DNA from: an uncultured Clostridia bacterium
GTDB lineage: Bacteria; Bacillota; Clostridia; Christensenellales; UBA1242
Assembly: GCA_937992055.1 (NCBI GenBank)
Contig: CALKLQ010000053.1
Location: 1 to 63,743, forward strand
Reading direction: 5' to 3'
DNA length: 63,743 bases
Both the position numbers and the translations under genes were made by a program. The notes under the pieces are model-generated. The model had not been told where the DNA came from and did not search any database. It was given only the letters and a program-made list of their open reading frames with translations. This document shows positions 1 to 11,389 of this stretch, piece after piece (within the stretch, counting starts at the first letter, position 1; each line of letters begins with the position of its first letter).

Positions 1-394
1 GCGTCCAAAATTTGATTCAAGTCACCTGTCAAGCTCATTCCAAACACAGATAGGCTATCATGGTTTTCTTGATCTGAGAAGAAATTGGCTGTAACAGAGC
101 TGCTTTTCATTGCCTCATAAGCTATATCGCTCCGTATGGAAGCTGCTTTGATATAACGTTTTGCTGTTCTTTTATCGGCTGTCGTTAATTTCAGATTCGC
201 TATTTTCTCATCAGAAAAACAGCGGATCTTATGGGTGACCTCTCCCAGCGGATTTTCAATCGCTCTGTTCCAGAACAGTTCTCCCCACCCAGAATAATAT
301 CCTTTGGATGTTCCAAGTTTATGTGCCGCAGATTGCCTAATCTTACCAGAGGAAATATCCAGGTACCAAACTTTTTTCGTATCATCTGTTTCAT
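1..394 (-). pseudogene. 5' part of an unidentified gene running off the window, with an apparent 1-nt frameshift in a homopolymer
   Basis: The ATG at 394 opens MKQMIRKK. The frame that stays open to position 1 (VWYLDISSGKIRQSAAHKLGTSKGYYSGWGELFWNRAIENPLGEVTHKIRCFSDEKIANLKLTTADKRTAKRYIKAAS...) is offset by one base. The two frames meet at the T6 run 372-377. No family recognised. Confidence 0.3.
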
Positions 395-431
395 CTCGAA
401 AATGTTTTAAAATTAAATTTGAAAGATGAAT

Positions 432-1352
432 TTATATTATTTCCATTTGTATATTTTCGCCACTATTTGCGTCTTGATAGGAAATCCAGTAACCATAATC
501 TTCAGGTTTTCCCGTGTCTAACGGCAACCATTGTGCAATGCCCTCAAGTTCAACAGGTGGCTTTGCCTGATAGAGACCTGGTACTCCATAACATATGTAT
601 TTTAAATCTCCTTCCTCATAAATAAGCCCAACGACATAATACTCGCCTTTTCCTTCATAGTCTACCCTAACCCATTTTGAATTTGGAATTATTTGTTTTA
701 AAAAGTCCTCTTCTGGATAGCTTTCAAAAAGTTCATTAATTTGTTGCTTTACTTCATCAAAGAAGCCAATAGCTTTTTCCTCCTCTTGTACTGTTTGTTG
801 TTCATTAGTGAAAAAAGCTTGGCGATATTTGCATGTACTACAATCTCTTTCACATTGATTCATTTCTTTATCAATTGCAGCTTCAATTTCTGCCTTTTCT
901 TGGTCATCATAATCTATTTCTAGTTCATCTAAAACTGCCTCGGTTTTTTCAATGCTAGGTTTTTCATCAAGCACACATAATGCTGAAGCCAACTTTATTT
1001 CATTTTGCGTTGGAAACTTTCCATCAGTAGAACCATACAAAATAGGTCTAGCATCTCCTCCAACAAAATTAATTAAAGCACAAGTTATGTTTTTTCCCTC
1101 CTCAAGTTTTTCAATGGAAGATTCATCTTCTATTACAAAGGTATATAACTTGCTATCTTTTTTTGTTAAACCAGCTTTTAAAACCTGACCATTTTTTAAA
1201 ATCCCCAAAGATAAAATGCCATTTGGCTCCTGTTTAAAATTATAAAGTCTAACCTGACCTTCTAAACTATCTTTAAACCTTTCTATATTGACAACTGCTT
1301 TAAGTGCAGTATCATCTAAAGCGGATAGCACAAGAGTTTTTTTAAAGTACAT
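432..1352 (-). CDS. hypothetical protein (acidic, with a CxxC pair)
   Basis: Long ORF. Start moved to the internal ATG at 1352 (MYFKKTLVLSAL...), which is preceded by GAGGTG 5 nt upstream. No family recognised. Confidence 0.6.
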   Translation of the reverse strand: MYFKKTLVLSALDDTALKAVVNIERFKDSLEGQVRLYNFKQEPNGILSLGILKNGQVLKAGLTKKDSKLYTFVIEDESSIEKLEEGKNITCALINFVGGDARPILYGSTDGKFPTQNEIKLASALCVLDEKPSIEKTEAVLDELEIDYDDQEKAEIEAAIDKEMNQCERDCSTCKYRQAFFTNEQQTVQEEEKAIGFFDEVKQQINELFESYPEEDFLKQIIPNSKWVRVDYEGKGEYYVVGLIYEEGDLKYICYGVPGLYQAKPPVELEGIAQWLPLDTGKPEDYGYWISYQDANSGENIQMEII

Positions 1353-1475
1353 TAAACACCTCATTAAATATTCTATTAAAAACAAAAATATTTAATTTAA
1401 AATATAATTGTTTTTTAATATCTTTGCGCTATTATTATATTAAAAAAAAGGTTTTATTGTGAATACTATAATAAA

Positions 1476-2267
1476 TTATTTTCGGAGGTTTTGTCGAAAA
1501 ACTTCAAATAGCTTTTTAAAATTGTCAACATCCAATTCTTCCGCTCTAATTGAAACATTATAATCATTACTCTTTAAAATTTCTTCAATTTGAGTTTTAG
1601 TTAAGCCATAATTTGAGGAGATATTATTAGCTAAAGTTTTTCTTCGCATAGAAAAACAACTTCTAACAAACTTAGAATATTCAAAATCAAACTTTTGTTT
1701 GATTATCAAACTGATAATTGCAGAATCTACTTTAGGAGAAGGCGTGAAAAGTTTTTTTGAAACAATCCTTTTTATTTTGCATTCACAAAAACTTTGGCAA
1801 ATTACACTGAGAACCCCATAGTTTTTGGTTTTATATTTTGCAACAATCTTCTCTGCCACCTCTTTTTGAACCATCAAGCATAATGACTTGGCATTAGATT
1901 TTTCTAAAAAATAAAATATTATTGGCGTTGTTATATAATAAGGAATGTTTGCAACCACTTTATAATCACCACTAATTTGGCTCTCTAATTTTGTAATATC
2001 ATAACTTAATATATCCTCAAAAAACAAAACAACATTACTATTTTTAAATTTTTTCTCAAGAAAATCTTTTAATTCTAAATCAATTTCAAATCCATAAACT
2101 CTTTTTGCTTTGTTTGAAAGTTGTTCCGTCAAGGCTCCCTGCCCCATTCCAATTTCTACAACACAATCTTGACTATCCACACCGGCATCACGAACAATGG
2201 CAGATAACAAATTTGTATCTGTCAAAAAATTCTGACCAAATTTTTTTTTAAAGTTGTGATTTTCCAT
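1476..2267 (-). CDS. rsmA: 16S rRNA (adenine1518/1519-N6)-dimethyltransferase
   Basis: FGQNFLTD, VEIGMGQGALT and VVANIPYYITTPI motifs typical of KsgA/RsmA. Follows tatD as in Bacillus. Confidence 0.93.
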   Translation of the reverse strand: MENHNFKKKFGQNFLTDTNLLSAIVRDAGVDSQDCVVEIGMGQGALTEQLSNKAKRVYGFEIDLELKDFLEKKFKNSNVVLFFEDILSYDITKLESQISGDYKVVANIPYYITTPIIFYFLEKSNAKSLCLMVQKEVAEKIVAKYKTKNYGVLSVICQSFCECKIKRIVSKKLFTPSPKVDSAIISLIIKQKFDFEYSKFVRSCFSMRRKTLANNISSNYGLTKTQIEEILKSNDYNVSIRAEELDVDNFKKLFEVFRQNLRK

Positions 2268-3031
2268 TATATTTTAAAAACTCTTTTATTATTTTCTTCT
2301 ACTATTTTACAAAGCTGATTAAACTCAATATCCAATACTTGAGCAGCCTTTTTATACACAAGTTCAACATTTTTAGGAGTGTTAACTCTTCCTCTATATG
2401 GCTCAGGTGTTAGATATGGACAATCTGTTTCGAAAATAAAACCATCTTTAGGAAGTTTTGGCAATAATTCCAAAAGGTTCTTGGCATTTTTAAATGTTAA
2501 AGCACCACCTATAGAAATAATAAATCCCATTTCATATAAAACTTTAAAAGTTTCATAGCTTCCATTAAAACAATGTATGAGCCCACCTAAACTTAAATTG
2601 TTTTTATTTCTACTTAAAATATCCAAAGTATCTTGTGTGGCCTCACGCATGTGAACTACAATAGGCAACTTAATATTATTTGCAAGTAAAATTTGGCGTT
2701 CAAAAATTTGTTTTTGGATTAGACGAGGTGAATAGTCATAGTGATAATCAAGGCCAATTTCCCCTATTGCAACAACCTTTTTATTTTCACAAAGTTGGCG
2801 AAAATTTTTTTCCATTTCTTCATCATAGAGTTTACTATCATGTGGATGCATGCCCACATTAGCATAAACCACATCAAACTTATTAGCTAATTCAACAGCC
2901 TTAATAGAACTTGGCAAATCGTAGGAACTGCAAATTATTTTGCCAACCGCCGCCTGTTTTGCCTCCTCAATTACATCTTCCACATTTAAAAATACTTCAT
3001 CATTCAAATGAGCATGAGAATCTATCATCAT
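2267..3031 (-). CDS. tatD: TatD-family metal-dependent hydrolase/DNase
   Basis: N-terminal IDSHAHL motif and later GEIGLDYHY and ETDCPYL motifs. Start uncertain (ATG 3031/3028 or TTG 3052). Stop overlaps the rsmA start. Confidence 0.85.
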   Translation of the reverse strand: MMIDSHAHLNDEVFLNVEDVIEEAKQAAVGKIICSSYDLPSSIKAVELANKFDVVYANVGMHPHDSKLYDEEMEKNFRQLCENKKVVAIGEIGLDYHYDYSPRLIQKQIFERQILLANNIKLPIVVHMREATQDTLDILSRNKNNLSLGGLIHCFNGSYETFKVLYEMGFIISIGGALTFKNAKNLLELLPKLPKDGFIFETDCPYLTPEPYRGRVNTPKNVELVYKKAAQVLDIEFNQLCKIVEENNKRVFKI

Positions 3032-3089
3032 AATGAAAATAGTATACGACAAATTTAAGTGAAATACAAATATAAATTATCACATATAC

Positions 3090-3659
3090 ATGATTATGAA
3101 CAAAATTTGGCTTTATATAATGTTGCTTTCCTCGCTAGTCATCATTTACACCAACCCTAATGAGGCTCTGCCTTCCATGATACAAGCATCTACAGACTGC
3201 GTTAAGCTTTGTTTTGAGCTCTGTGCAGTTTATGCAATATGGCTTGGTCTACTAGAAATTTTAGAACAATCTGGGTTAAGTGCACGGCTGGCAAAACTTC
3301 TTTCACCTATTGTGAAAAAGCTTTTTAAAACTGATGATGAAGAGGCAATAAAACTAATTTCAATCTCTCTTTCTGCCAACTTTTTGGGGCTAGGTAATGC
3401 TGCCACACCATATGGCATTAAAGCTATGGAACGTTTGGACAATAAGACTGGCAAGATAAGCTACCCTATGATTATGCTTATGGTTCTAAGTTCCTGCTCA
3501 ATTCAATTTCTTCCAACAACAATAATGGGACTCAGGGCAAGTGCCGGAAGCGCCAATTCGTCAGACATAATTCTTCCCACCCTTCTCTCATCAATAATAG
3601 CAACATCAAGTGGTGTTTTATTAACCTACTTTATAGGAAAAAGGAGGGCAAAAAAATAG
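3090..3659 (+). CDS. spmA: spore maturation protein A (nucleoside-recognition/Gate domain membrane protein)
   Basis: Polytopic membrane ORF with the SpmA-like N-terminus MNKIWLYIMLLS. Paired with a second Gate-domain ORF. Confidence 0.75.
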   Translation: MIMNKIWLYIMLLSSLVIIYTNPNEALPSMIQASTDCVKLCFELCAVYAIWLGLLEILEQSGLSARLAKLLSPIVKKLFKTDDEEAIKLISISLSANFLGLGNAATPYGIKAMERLDNKTGKISYPMIMLMVLSSCSIQFLPTTIMGLRASAGSANSSDIILPTLLSSIIATSSGVLLTYFIGKRRAKK

Positions 3660-3673
3660 ATATAAGCGTTTAT

Positions 3674-4168
3674 TTGATTCCTATTTTAATTGTGCTTTTG
3701 CTCATATATTCAGGCTTTAAAAGGGTACCAGTCTATAATGCATTTGTAAAAGGAGCAAAAGGAGCATTCCCACTTGTTTTTGATATTTTCCCCTACCTTG
3801 TTGCCATTATGCTTGCAGTTTCCATTTTTAGAGTTAGTGGGCTAAGTGCACTATGCACAAAATTAGTTGCCCCAATTTTTTCATGTTTGGGTATTCCAAA
3901 AGAAATTAGCGAATTAGTGCTTTTAAGACCTTTCACTGGAAGTGGAAGCATTGCATTATTGAATGATATCTTTTTAAAGTATGGTGCAGATAGTTATGTG
4001 GCAAGATGCGCATGCTGTATATTGGGAAGTAGCGAAACCGTTTTTTATGTATCTACAGTTTACTTTTCCAAAACTAGCGTGAAAAAACTATCTTATGCCC
4101 TTCCAGTGGCACTCTTTGCCAGTTTAGTCAGTTCTATCGTTTCATGTCTACTTTGCAAAATAATGTAA
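3674..4168 (+). CDS. spmB: spore maturation protein B
   Basis: Membrane ORF immediately after spmA, with a TTG start. Typical spmA-spmB pair. Confidence 0.7.
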   Translation: MIPILIVLLLIYSGFKRVPVYNAFVKGAKGAFPLVFDIFPYLVAIMLAVSIFRVSGLSALCTKLVAPIFSCLGIPKEISELVLLRPFTGSGSIALLNDIFLKYGADSYVARCACCILGSSETVFYVSTVYFSKTSVKKLSYALPVALFASLVSSIVSCLLCKIM

Positions 4169-4217
4169 ATCTAAAAATATATTTGCGAACAATATCAATT
4201 TGTGGTAAAATTCGTTT

Positions 4218-5156
4218 GTGGAAGATTTTAGTTTTAATTTTAAAAAGACAGGGCTGTTTAATGAACTTCAAACCCAGATAATAAACGGCAATCTTTCCCA
4301 TGCAACATTAATTTCATCTCCAGATGAAATGTCACTTACCTGCTTTACAATTTTACTTGCGAACACCCTTGTTTGCAACCAGGTTTGTGGAAATTGCGAA
4401 CATTGCATAAAGGTAAAATCACACACCCATCCCGACATATTAGTTTATCCAAAAGGAAAAAGCTTTTTAGTCAGTGATGCTCTAGATATTGTGGAAAATG
4501 CCTATAAAAAGCCAATTTTATCTAACATAAAAGTTATTATAATAAATGGTGTTGACCAATCTATAGCAGGTCAAAACAAAATTTTAAAAATCTTGGAAGA
4601 GCCCCCAAAAAATGTTTTTTTCATTTTAAATACAACCAACACTAAAACCGTACTTGACACAATTATGTCTAGGGTCCAGTCCTATTCCCTTGCTCCCTTT
4701 AGTCAAAATGAATTATCTGAAATTTTGACCCTTCATAAAATTGAAGCTAGCAAAAAGGTTATCGCATTTAGTGAAGGCTTTTTAGGTAAGGCAATTTCAC
4801 TTTGCCAAAACCCAAAGTTTGATGAAATTTTTGATTTTGTTTACAAAATTTTTACCCAACTTAAAAACAGTAAAGACATTGTAAATTATTCCAAACAACT
4901 AGCAGACAAGGAAAATTTTGCGCTTGAATTAGAACTTTTATTTTTTTTCTATAGACAGGCTTTATACTTTTTAAACAATCAAAAAACAAGTCTAGATATA
5001 GATTTTGCCAGTTTAAATTTAAACAATAAAATGATATCACAAATTTTAAAGCGCCTTTGCCAAGCTGAAAAAGCGCTTTATGCCAATGTAAATCTAAATT
5101 TGATATGTGACAATCTTTTGCTTCATATCTTGGAGGAAAAATATTTATGGAAATAA
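4218..5156 (+). CDS. holB: DNA polymerase III delta-prime subunit
   Basis: HATLISSPDE, the zinc module CGNCEHCIKVKSHTHPD, and NKILKILEEPP. GTG start. Confidence 0.85.
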   Translation: MEDFSFNFKKTGLFNELQTQIINGNLSHATLISSPDEMSLTCFTILLANTLVCNQVCGNCEHCIKVKSHTHPDILVYPKGKSFLVSDALDIVENAYKKPILSNIKVIIINGVDQSIAGQNKILKILEEPPKNVFFILNTTNTKTVLDTIMSRVQSYSLAPFSQNELSEILTLHKIEASKKVIAFSEGFLGKAISLCQNPKFDEIFDFVYKIFTQLKNSKDIVNYSKQLADKENFALELELLFFFYRQALYFLNNQKTSLDIDFASLNLNNKMISQILKRLCQAEKALYANVNLNLICDNLLLHILEEKYLWK

Positions 5157-5977
5157 AAAAAACAAAGGTGCTTTTAGACCGTGCTAATAAGTGGTTTGAG
5201 GCACAAATTAAAGATAATATAAAGCTTTGTGTTGGTGACCGCGTGGTTGTTGACACACAAAAATGTGAAGAGGCTGGAAGTGTTATTTGCACTCCCTATA
5301 CTGACGAACTTAAAAAAGATGAGCCTATTATGTTGGTTCTTAGAAAGCTTACAAAAGAAGATGAATTGAAAATTAAAAACAATTTAGAAAAAGAGTCAAA
5401 AATAAAAAAAGAAACAAAAAATCTAATCAAAAAACACAATTTAGATATGAAGATTGTTTCGGTTCAGCTGGCATTAGACTCTTCTAAAATTATAATCTCT
5501 TTCACTTCTGAAGATCGTGTTGATTTTAGAGATTTAGTAAAAGACCTTGCAAACATCTATAAGACCAGAATTGAGCTGCGTCAAATTGGAGCAAGGGATG
5601 AGGTGAAAATTGTTGGTGCCATAGGTCCATGTGGCAGGATTTGTTGTTGCAATGGATATTTTAATGAGTTTTGCCACGTATCTATTAAAATGGCAAAAGT
5701 TCAAGGTCTTTCTCTTAACCCCACAAATATAAGTGGAATGTGTGGAAGATTAATGTGCTGTTTGGCATATGAAAATGAATATTATAGCGAATGTAGTAAA
5801 AAAATGCCAAAAATAAACAGTATTGTTGAAACACCTGATGGAAAAGGTCAAGCAGTGTTTTTAAATTTTTTAAAACAAACGGTTGATGTGAAATTTGAAG
5901 ACGAAATCAAAACCTATCCTCTTGACAAACTTAGGTTTAATAAAACACAAGGAAATTCTAATGAGGACATGCAATGA
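5147..5977 (+). CDS. ricT: PSP1-domain protein RicT/YaaT (stage 0 sporulation)
   Basis: PSP1 C-terminal domain with the Cys cluster GPCGRICCCNGYF...MCGRLMCCLAYE. Conserved position after holB. Confidence 0.88.
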   Translation: MEIKKTKVLLDRANKWFEAQIKDNIKLCVGDRVVVDTQKCEEAGSVICTPYTDELKKDEPIMLVLRKLTKEDELKIKNNLEKESKIKKETKNLIKKHNLDMKIVSVQLALDSSKIIISFTSEDRVDFRDLVKDLANIYKTRIELRQIGARDEVKIVGAIGPCGRICCCNGYFNEFCHVSIKMAKVQGLSLNPTNISGMCGRLMCCLAYENEYYSECSKKMPKINSIVETPDGKGQAVFLNFLKQTVDVKFEDEIKTYPLDKLRFNKTQGNSNEDMQ

Positions 5978-6687
5978 TAGAGCAAATTGAAGACTTACAA
6001 TTTGAAAACTTAAAAATAGTCCAAACAAAATGCGGATATCGATTTACCAGCGATTCTGTTATTTTAGCCAATTTTGTAAAAGCAAAATCAGACGCAAATG
6101 TCATTGAATTTTGTAGTGGTTGTGGAGTGATTTCCACTCTGGTTTTAAAAAAACTAAATTTAAAACAAATTTTTGGGATTGAACTTCAACCCTCTCTATT
6201 TGCTCTGGCTCAGAAAAGTATAAAATTAAACAATCTTGAAAATAAGATAACTTTTATAAATGACAAAATTCAAAATTATTTAAAATATTTTAAACATGAA
6301 CAATTTGATGTTGTTGTTTGCAATCCTCCCTACTATAAAGTTGGAAGTGGTGCTCAAAATGAAAACCAAGAAATTAATATAGCAAAAAATGAGATACACT
6401 TGACTTTGGATGAATTTTTACAAATTTCCTCTACTGCCTTGAAATTTGGAGGAAATTTATATTTTTGTCATAACGCTAATAGACTATTTGAAATCTTTAT
6501 AAATTTAAAAAAGTTTGGTTTAACCCCAAAAGAAATGTTTTTTAGTCAGGGAGGAGAATTTGCCAACCCTACTACGGTTTTTATACGTGCTCAAAAGGGA
6601 GCAAGGTCAGGAATCAAGATATTTCCTAACTTAATTACTAATAAAGATGGAAATTACATTGCAACAATTAAAAAACTTTTTAATTAG
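5974..6687 (+). CDS. SAM-dependent methyltransferase of the YabB / tRNA(m6A37) TrmN6-like class
   Basis: VVCNPPYY (NPPY) motif and EFCSGCG SAM-binding loop. Sits where Bacillus has yabB, between yaaT and rsmI. Confidence 0.75.
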   Translation: MIEQIEDLQFENLKIVQTKCGYRFTSDSVILANFVKAKSDANVIEFCSGCGVISTLVLKKLNLKQIFGIELQPSLFALAQKSIKLNNLENKITFINDKIQNYLKYFKHEQFDVVVCNPPYYKVGSGAQNENQEINIAKNEIHLTLDEFLQISSTALKFGGNLYFCHNANRLFEIFINLKKFGLTPKEMFFSQGGEFANPTTVFIRAQKGARSGIKIFPNLITNKDGNYIATIKKLFN

Positions 6688-6697
6688 GAGAAAATTC

Positions 6698-7495
6698 ATG
6701 CTATATGTAGTACCTACCCCAATAGGCAATTTAAAAGATATGTCACAAAGGGCTTTAGAGGTGTTAAATTCAGTTGATATAATTTTGTGTGAAGACACCC
6801 GAAAAACATTAATTTTACTTAATAATTTTAATATTTCTAAACCTTTAGTTTCTTATCACAAGTTTAATGAAAAAAAGTCTTGCGAGAAAATTATAAAGCT
6901 TTTAAAAGATGATAAAAACATTGCTCTTGTAAGTGATTGTGGTACCCCACTTATCAGCGACCCAGGTCAAATTTTAATTGAGGAATTAAACAAAAATAAT
7001 CTTCCCTACACGGTTTTGCCAGGTCCATGCGCCTTTGTTACCGCACTTGTTTTAAGTGGATTTGACAGCACAAAATTTTCCTTCTTTGGGTTCCTACCAG
7101 AAAAACAAAAGTCTAGAACCACACTTCTGAATTCTATTAAAAACCTAGAAACCACACTTATTTTTCACATTTCTGTACATTCTTTACAGAATGATTTAAA
7201 GACGTTTTATGATACATTTGGGAAAAGAAAGGCGTGTTTAGTTAGAGAAATCTCAAAAATATATGAAGAAAAAATTTATTTTAATTTGGGCGAAGATTTT
7301 GAGTTCACTCAAAAAGGTGAATTCATTATTATTATTGAAGGCTCAAACAATATAGAAAAAATGTTATCGCCAAGAGAAAATTATGAACTGTTAATATCTC
7401 AAGGAATGAAAAAAAATCAAGCTATAAGAAAAACTGCAAAAGAATATAATTTGGATAGTAATGATTTTTATAAACAAATTAATAATATTAAATAA
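6698..7495 (+). CDS. rsmI: 16S rRNA (cytidine1402-2'-O)-methyltransferase
   Basis: MLYVVPTPIGNLKDMSQRALEVL and CEDTR motifs of the tetrapyrrole-methylase-fold RsmI. Start set at ATG 6698, preceded by AGGAG. Confidence 0.9.
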   Translation: MLYVVPTPIGNLKDMSQRALEVLNSVDIILCEDTRKTLILLNNFNISKPLVSYHKFNEKKSCEKIIKLLKDDKNIALVSDCGTPLISDPGQILIEELNKNNLPYTVLPGPCAFVTALVLSGFDSTKFSFFGFLPEKQKSRTTLLNSIKNLETTLIFHISVHSLQNDLKTFYDTFGKRKACLVREISKIYEEKIYFNLGEDFEFTQKGEFIIIIEGSNNIEKMLSPRENYELLISQGMKKNQAIRKTAKEYNLDSNDFYKQINNIK

Positions 7496-7607
7496 TATAT
7501 TTTATTAATTTAAGAAATTATATTTTAAAAATATCTATTACATTTATTTTTCACTTTAATTTAACTTCACAATTTTGCAATAAATTTTACTCTTGCAATT
7601 AAGCATA

Positions 7608-8252
7608 TTAATCACTTAGCTCGGCTTCTTTTTTTAAATTAATTTTTAAATCTACATCCTCTAATTCATATATATTATATCCCAAATTTTCAAATGTGGC
7701 TTTGTCACAAAATTGCATTGTGTTTGTATAGCAGGTCTCCTCTTTAAATCGTTCATACTTTGTATCTTCTACACAAGACTTTCCGCCCTTCCAGCTCTTC
7801 CCCATTCTATCCATTGCTTCACACAATGCCTTTGCCTCTTTCTCACTACTCACATGAATTACTAACAACTTTCTTGTATTGAAAAAATCCTCACAAAGCT
7901 TATTCGCCTGCTCTTTATTTCTTACATGAATTGCTAGTTCTTCTTTACTATTCCAAAATTCTTTTAAGGTTATTATTTTATAAATTTCTAAATTTACTTC
8001 ATCAAATTCGTATACTCTAATGTTATCTTCAAGATAGCTTTTTTCTATTTCTCCATACTTTCCTTTATTATCATAACAAGTATCTTCTTTATACTCATTA
8101 TAGTCTGTATTCAAATATGAAGCACCATTACTCCACTTTTTACCTAATTTATAAAATGCTTTACAAAGTTTATTTGCCTCCTCTTCATTTCTTACATGTA
8201 TCGCTAGTTCTTTTTCGCTATCCCAAAATTGTTGTAATGTTATTTTCTTCAT
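7608..8252 (-). CDS. hypothetical protein built from an internally repeated module
   Basis: ITL(Q/K)(Q/E)FW(D/N)S(E/K)(K/E)ELAIHVRN(E/K)E(E/Q)ANKLC occurs twice and a third partial copy is LLVIHVSSEKEAKALC. YKE(D/E)TCY is also repeated. Confidence 0.6.
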   Translation of the reverse strand: MKKITLQQFWDSEKELAIHVRNEEEANKLCKAFYKLGKKWSNGASYLNTDYNEYKEDTCYDNKGKYGEIEKSYLEDNIRVYEFDEVNLEIYKIITLKEFWNSKEELAIHVRNKEQANKLCEDFFNTRKLLVIHVSSEKEAKALCEAMDRMGKSWKGGKSCVEDTKYERFKEETCYTNTMQFCDKATFENLGYNIYELEDVDLKINLKKEAELSD

Positions 8253-8396
8253 TTAATTTCTATCCTTAATTAAGGTATATTATAGAACCGTTTATCTGTC
8301 AATAAGTCAAACTTTTTTTATAACTATAATAATGCAATACTTCAATTTTAACATGATTTAACTCTTATAAGAGCTTGGTATAGTAGATTAAATTTA

Positions 8397-8431
8397 ACAA
8401 AAAAGAAGTAAAGTTTAATAACTTCACTTCT
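8397..8431 (-). terminator. intrinsic terminator of groESL
   Basis: Minus-strand hairpin AGAAGTGAAG/CTTTACTTCT with one G-U pair, followed by a T-run. Confidence 0.7.
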
Positions 8432-8446
8432 ATCTTTTATTAATAT

Positions 8447-10368
<1,922 letters not shown>

Positions 10369-10527
10369 AAATGCCTCCTTAAAAAAAATTTTTGCATTAA
10401 ATTTAACAATTAAATTATAGCTTTTTAAAATAAAAATGTCCAACTAAAAGCTTTTATCAAATAGAATAGTTTGTCGTATTTATGCATACATATGTTATAT
10501 GACAAATTTGGGAGAGTCAATAGTTTT

Positions 10528-11283
10528 ATGCCAAAAAAATTTAAATTATTTGGAATATGTGTAATAATTTTGTCCATTGGTCTTTCTTTTGTATTGGCAG
10601 ATTTATTTTCAAGTTTAATAACTGTAGGAAACTTTGCCTTTTTGACAACTCAAACAACCAAATGCAATTCTTACACCATATATGCGGTGTCAATTGAAAA
10701 AGCACTTTCAATGACACAAGCTAAAGATAAGGTTGAGAGTGTAGTTCAAAAGAATGGTGCAGGATTTATATATTCAAAAGATAACGTTTATTACGTTTTA
10801 GCTAGTGGTTATGAAAACAAGAGCGACGCAGAAAAAGTGGTTGAACATCTTTCTGATAGCGGTGTCAGCTCTGAAATAGTTGAAATTAAGGTAGATAAAA
10901 TAGAGATAGATATGAACCTATCTACAAATGAAAAGACAACCATGTCTGAATCTATTAATTTATTTAAGAACACATACAAAACTCTATATGATATTTCAAT
11001 AAGTTTGGATACAGCGGTTAAAAGTAAAAGTGAATGCAAACTGTTGCTAAACGACTTAAAAGCCAACGTTTTAAAAACCCAATCTAATTTTGACACTCAG
11101 TTTAATTCTAAACTAAATTCTAAGCTCTTAAGCATAAAACTACAGATTAATGAACTTACAACAACAATACAAACATTAATAAACAACGCAGATAATGACC
11201 TTTTATCAGCTCATATTAAATGCGCCTATCTTGAAACAATCAAGCTAAATCAATCTTTGGCAAATGATATAAATTCCAATTAA
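10528..11283 (+). CDS. membrane-anchored protein with a SPOR-like domain
   Basis: N-terminal TM helix followed by YYVLASGYENKSDAEKVVEHL, which resembles a SPOR fold. Start at ATG 10528 after GGGAGAG. Confidence 0.5.
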   Translation: MPKKFKLFGICVIILSIGLSFVLADLFSSLITVGNFAFLTTQTTKCNSYTIYAVSIEKALSMTQAKDKVESVVQKNGAGFIYSKDNVYYVLASGYENKSDAEKVVEHLSDSGVSSEIVEIKVDKIEIDMNLSTNEKTTMSESINLFKNTYKTLYDISISLDTAVKSKSECKLLLNDLKANVLKTQSNFDTQFNSKLNSKLLSIKLQINELTTTIQTLINNADNDLLSAHIKCAYLETIKLNQSLANDINSN

Positions 11284-11389
11284 TTGATAAAAAGACTAAT
11301 TTAATAAATAAATATTAAAACTATTGATAAGTTAAATAAAAATAATATAAAAAATAAGCAAATAAATTTATTTTGCTTATTTTATTAAT

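Noticed and set aside
200-394. The 64-aa ORF MKQMIRKKFGTW... considered as an independent gene.
   Set aside because: Only its first 8 codons look real. The neighbouring frame continues open to the window edge, so a homopolymer frameshift explains it better.
429-434. In-frame continuation across the TAA stop of the 432-1352 ORF, suggesting possible stop-codon readthrough or reassignment.
   Set aside because: TAA terminates many clearly complete conserved genes in this window, such as groEL and several r-protein genes. In-frame continuation has a one-in-three chance of occurring by accident, and a frameshifted ATG start exists.
8401-8414. The word AAAAGAAGTAAAGT is repeated at 8401 and 12733.
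   Set aside because: It is a 14-nt A-rich word in very AT-rich intergenic DNA. One copy is simply the groEL terminator arm, and there is no further similarity in the flanks.
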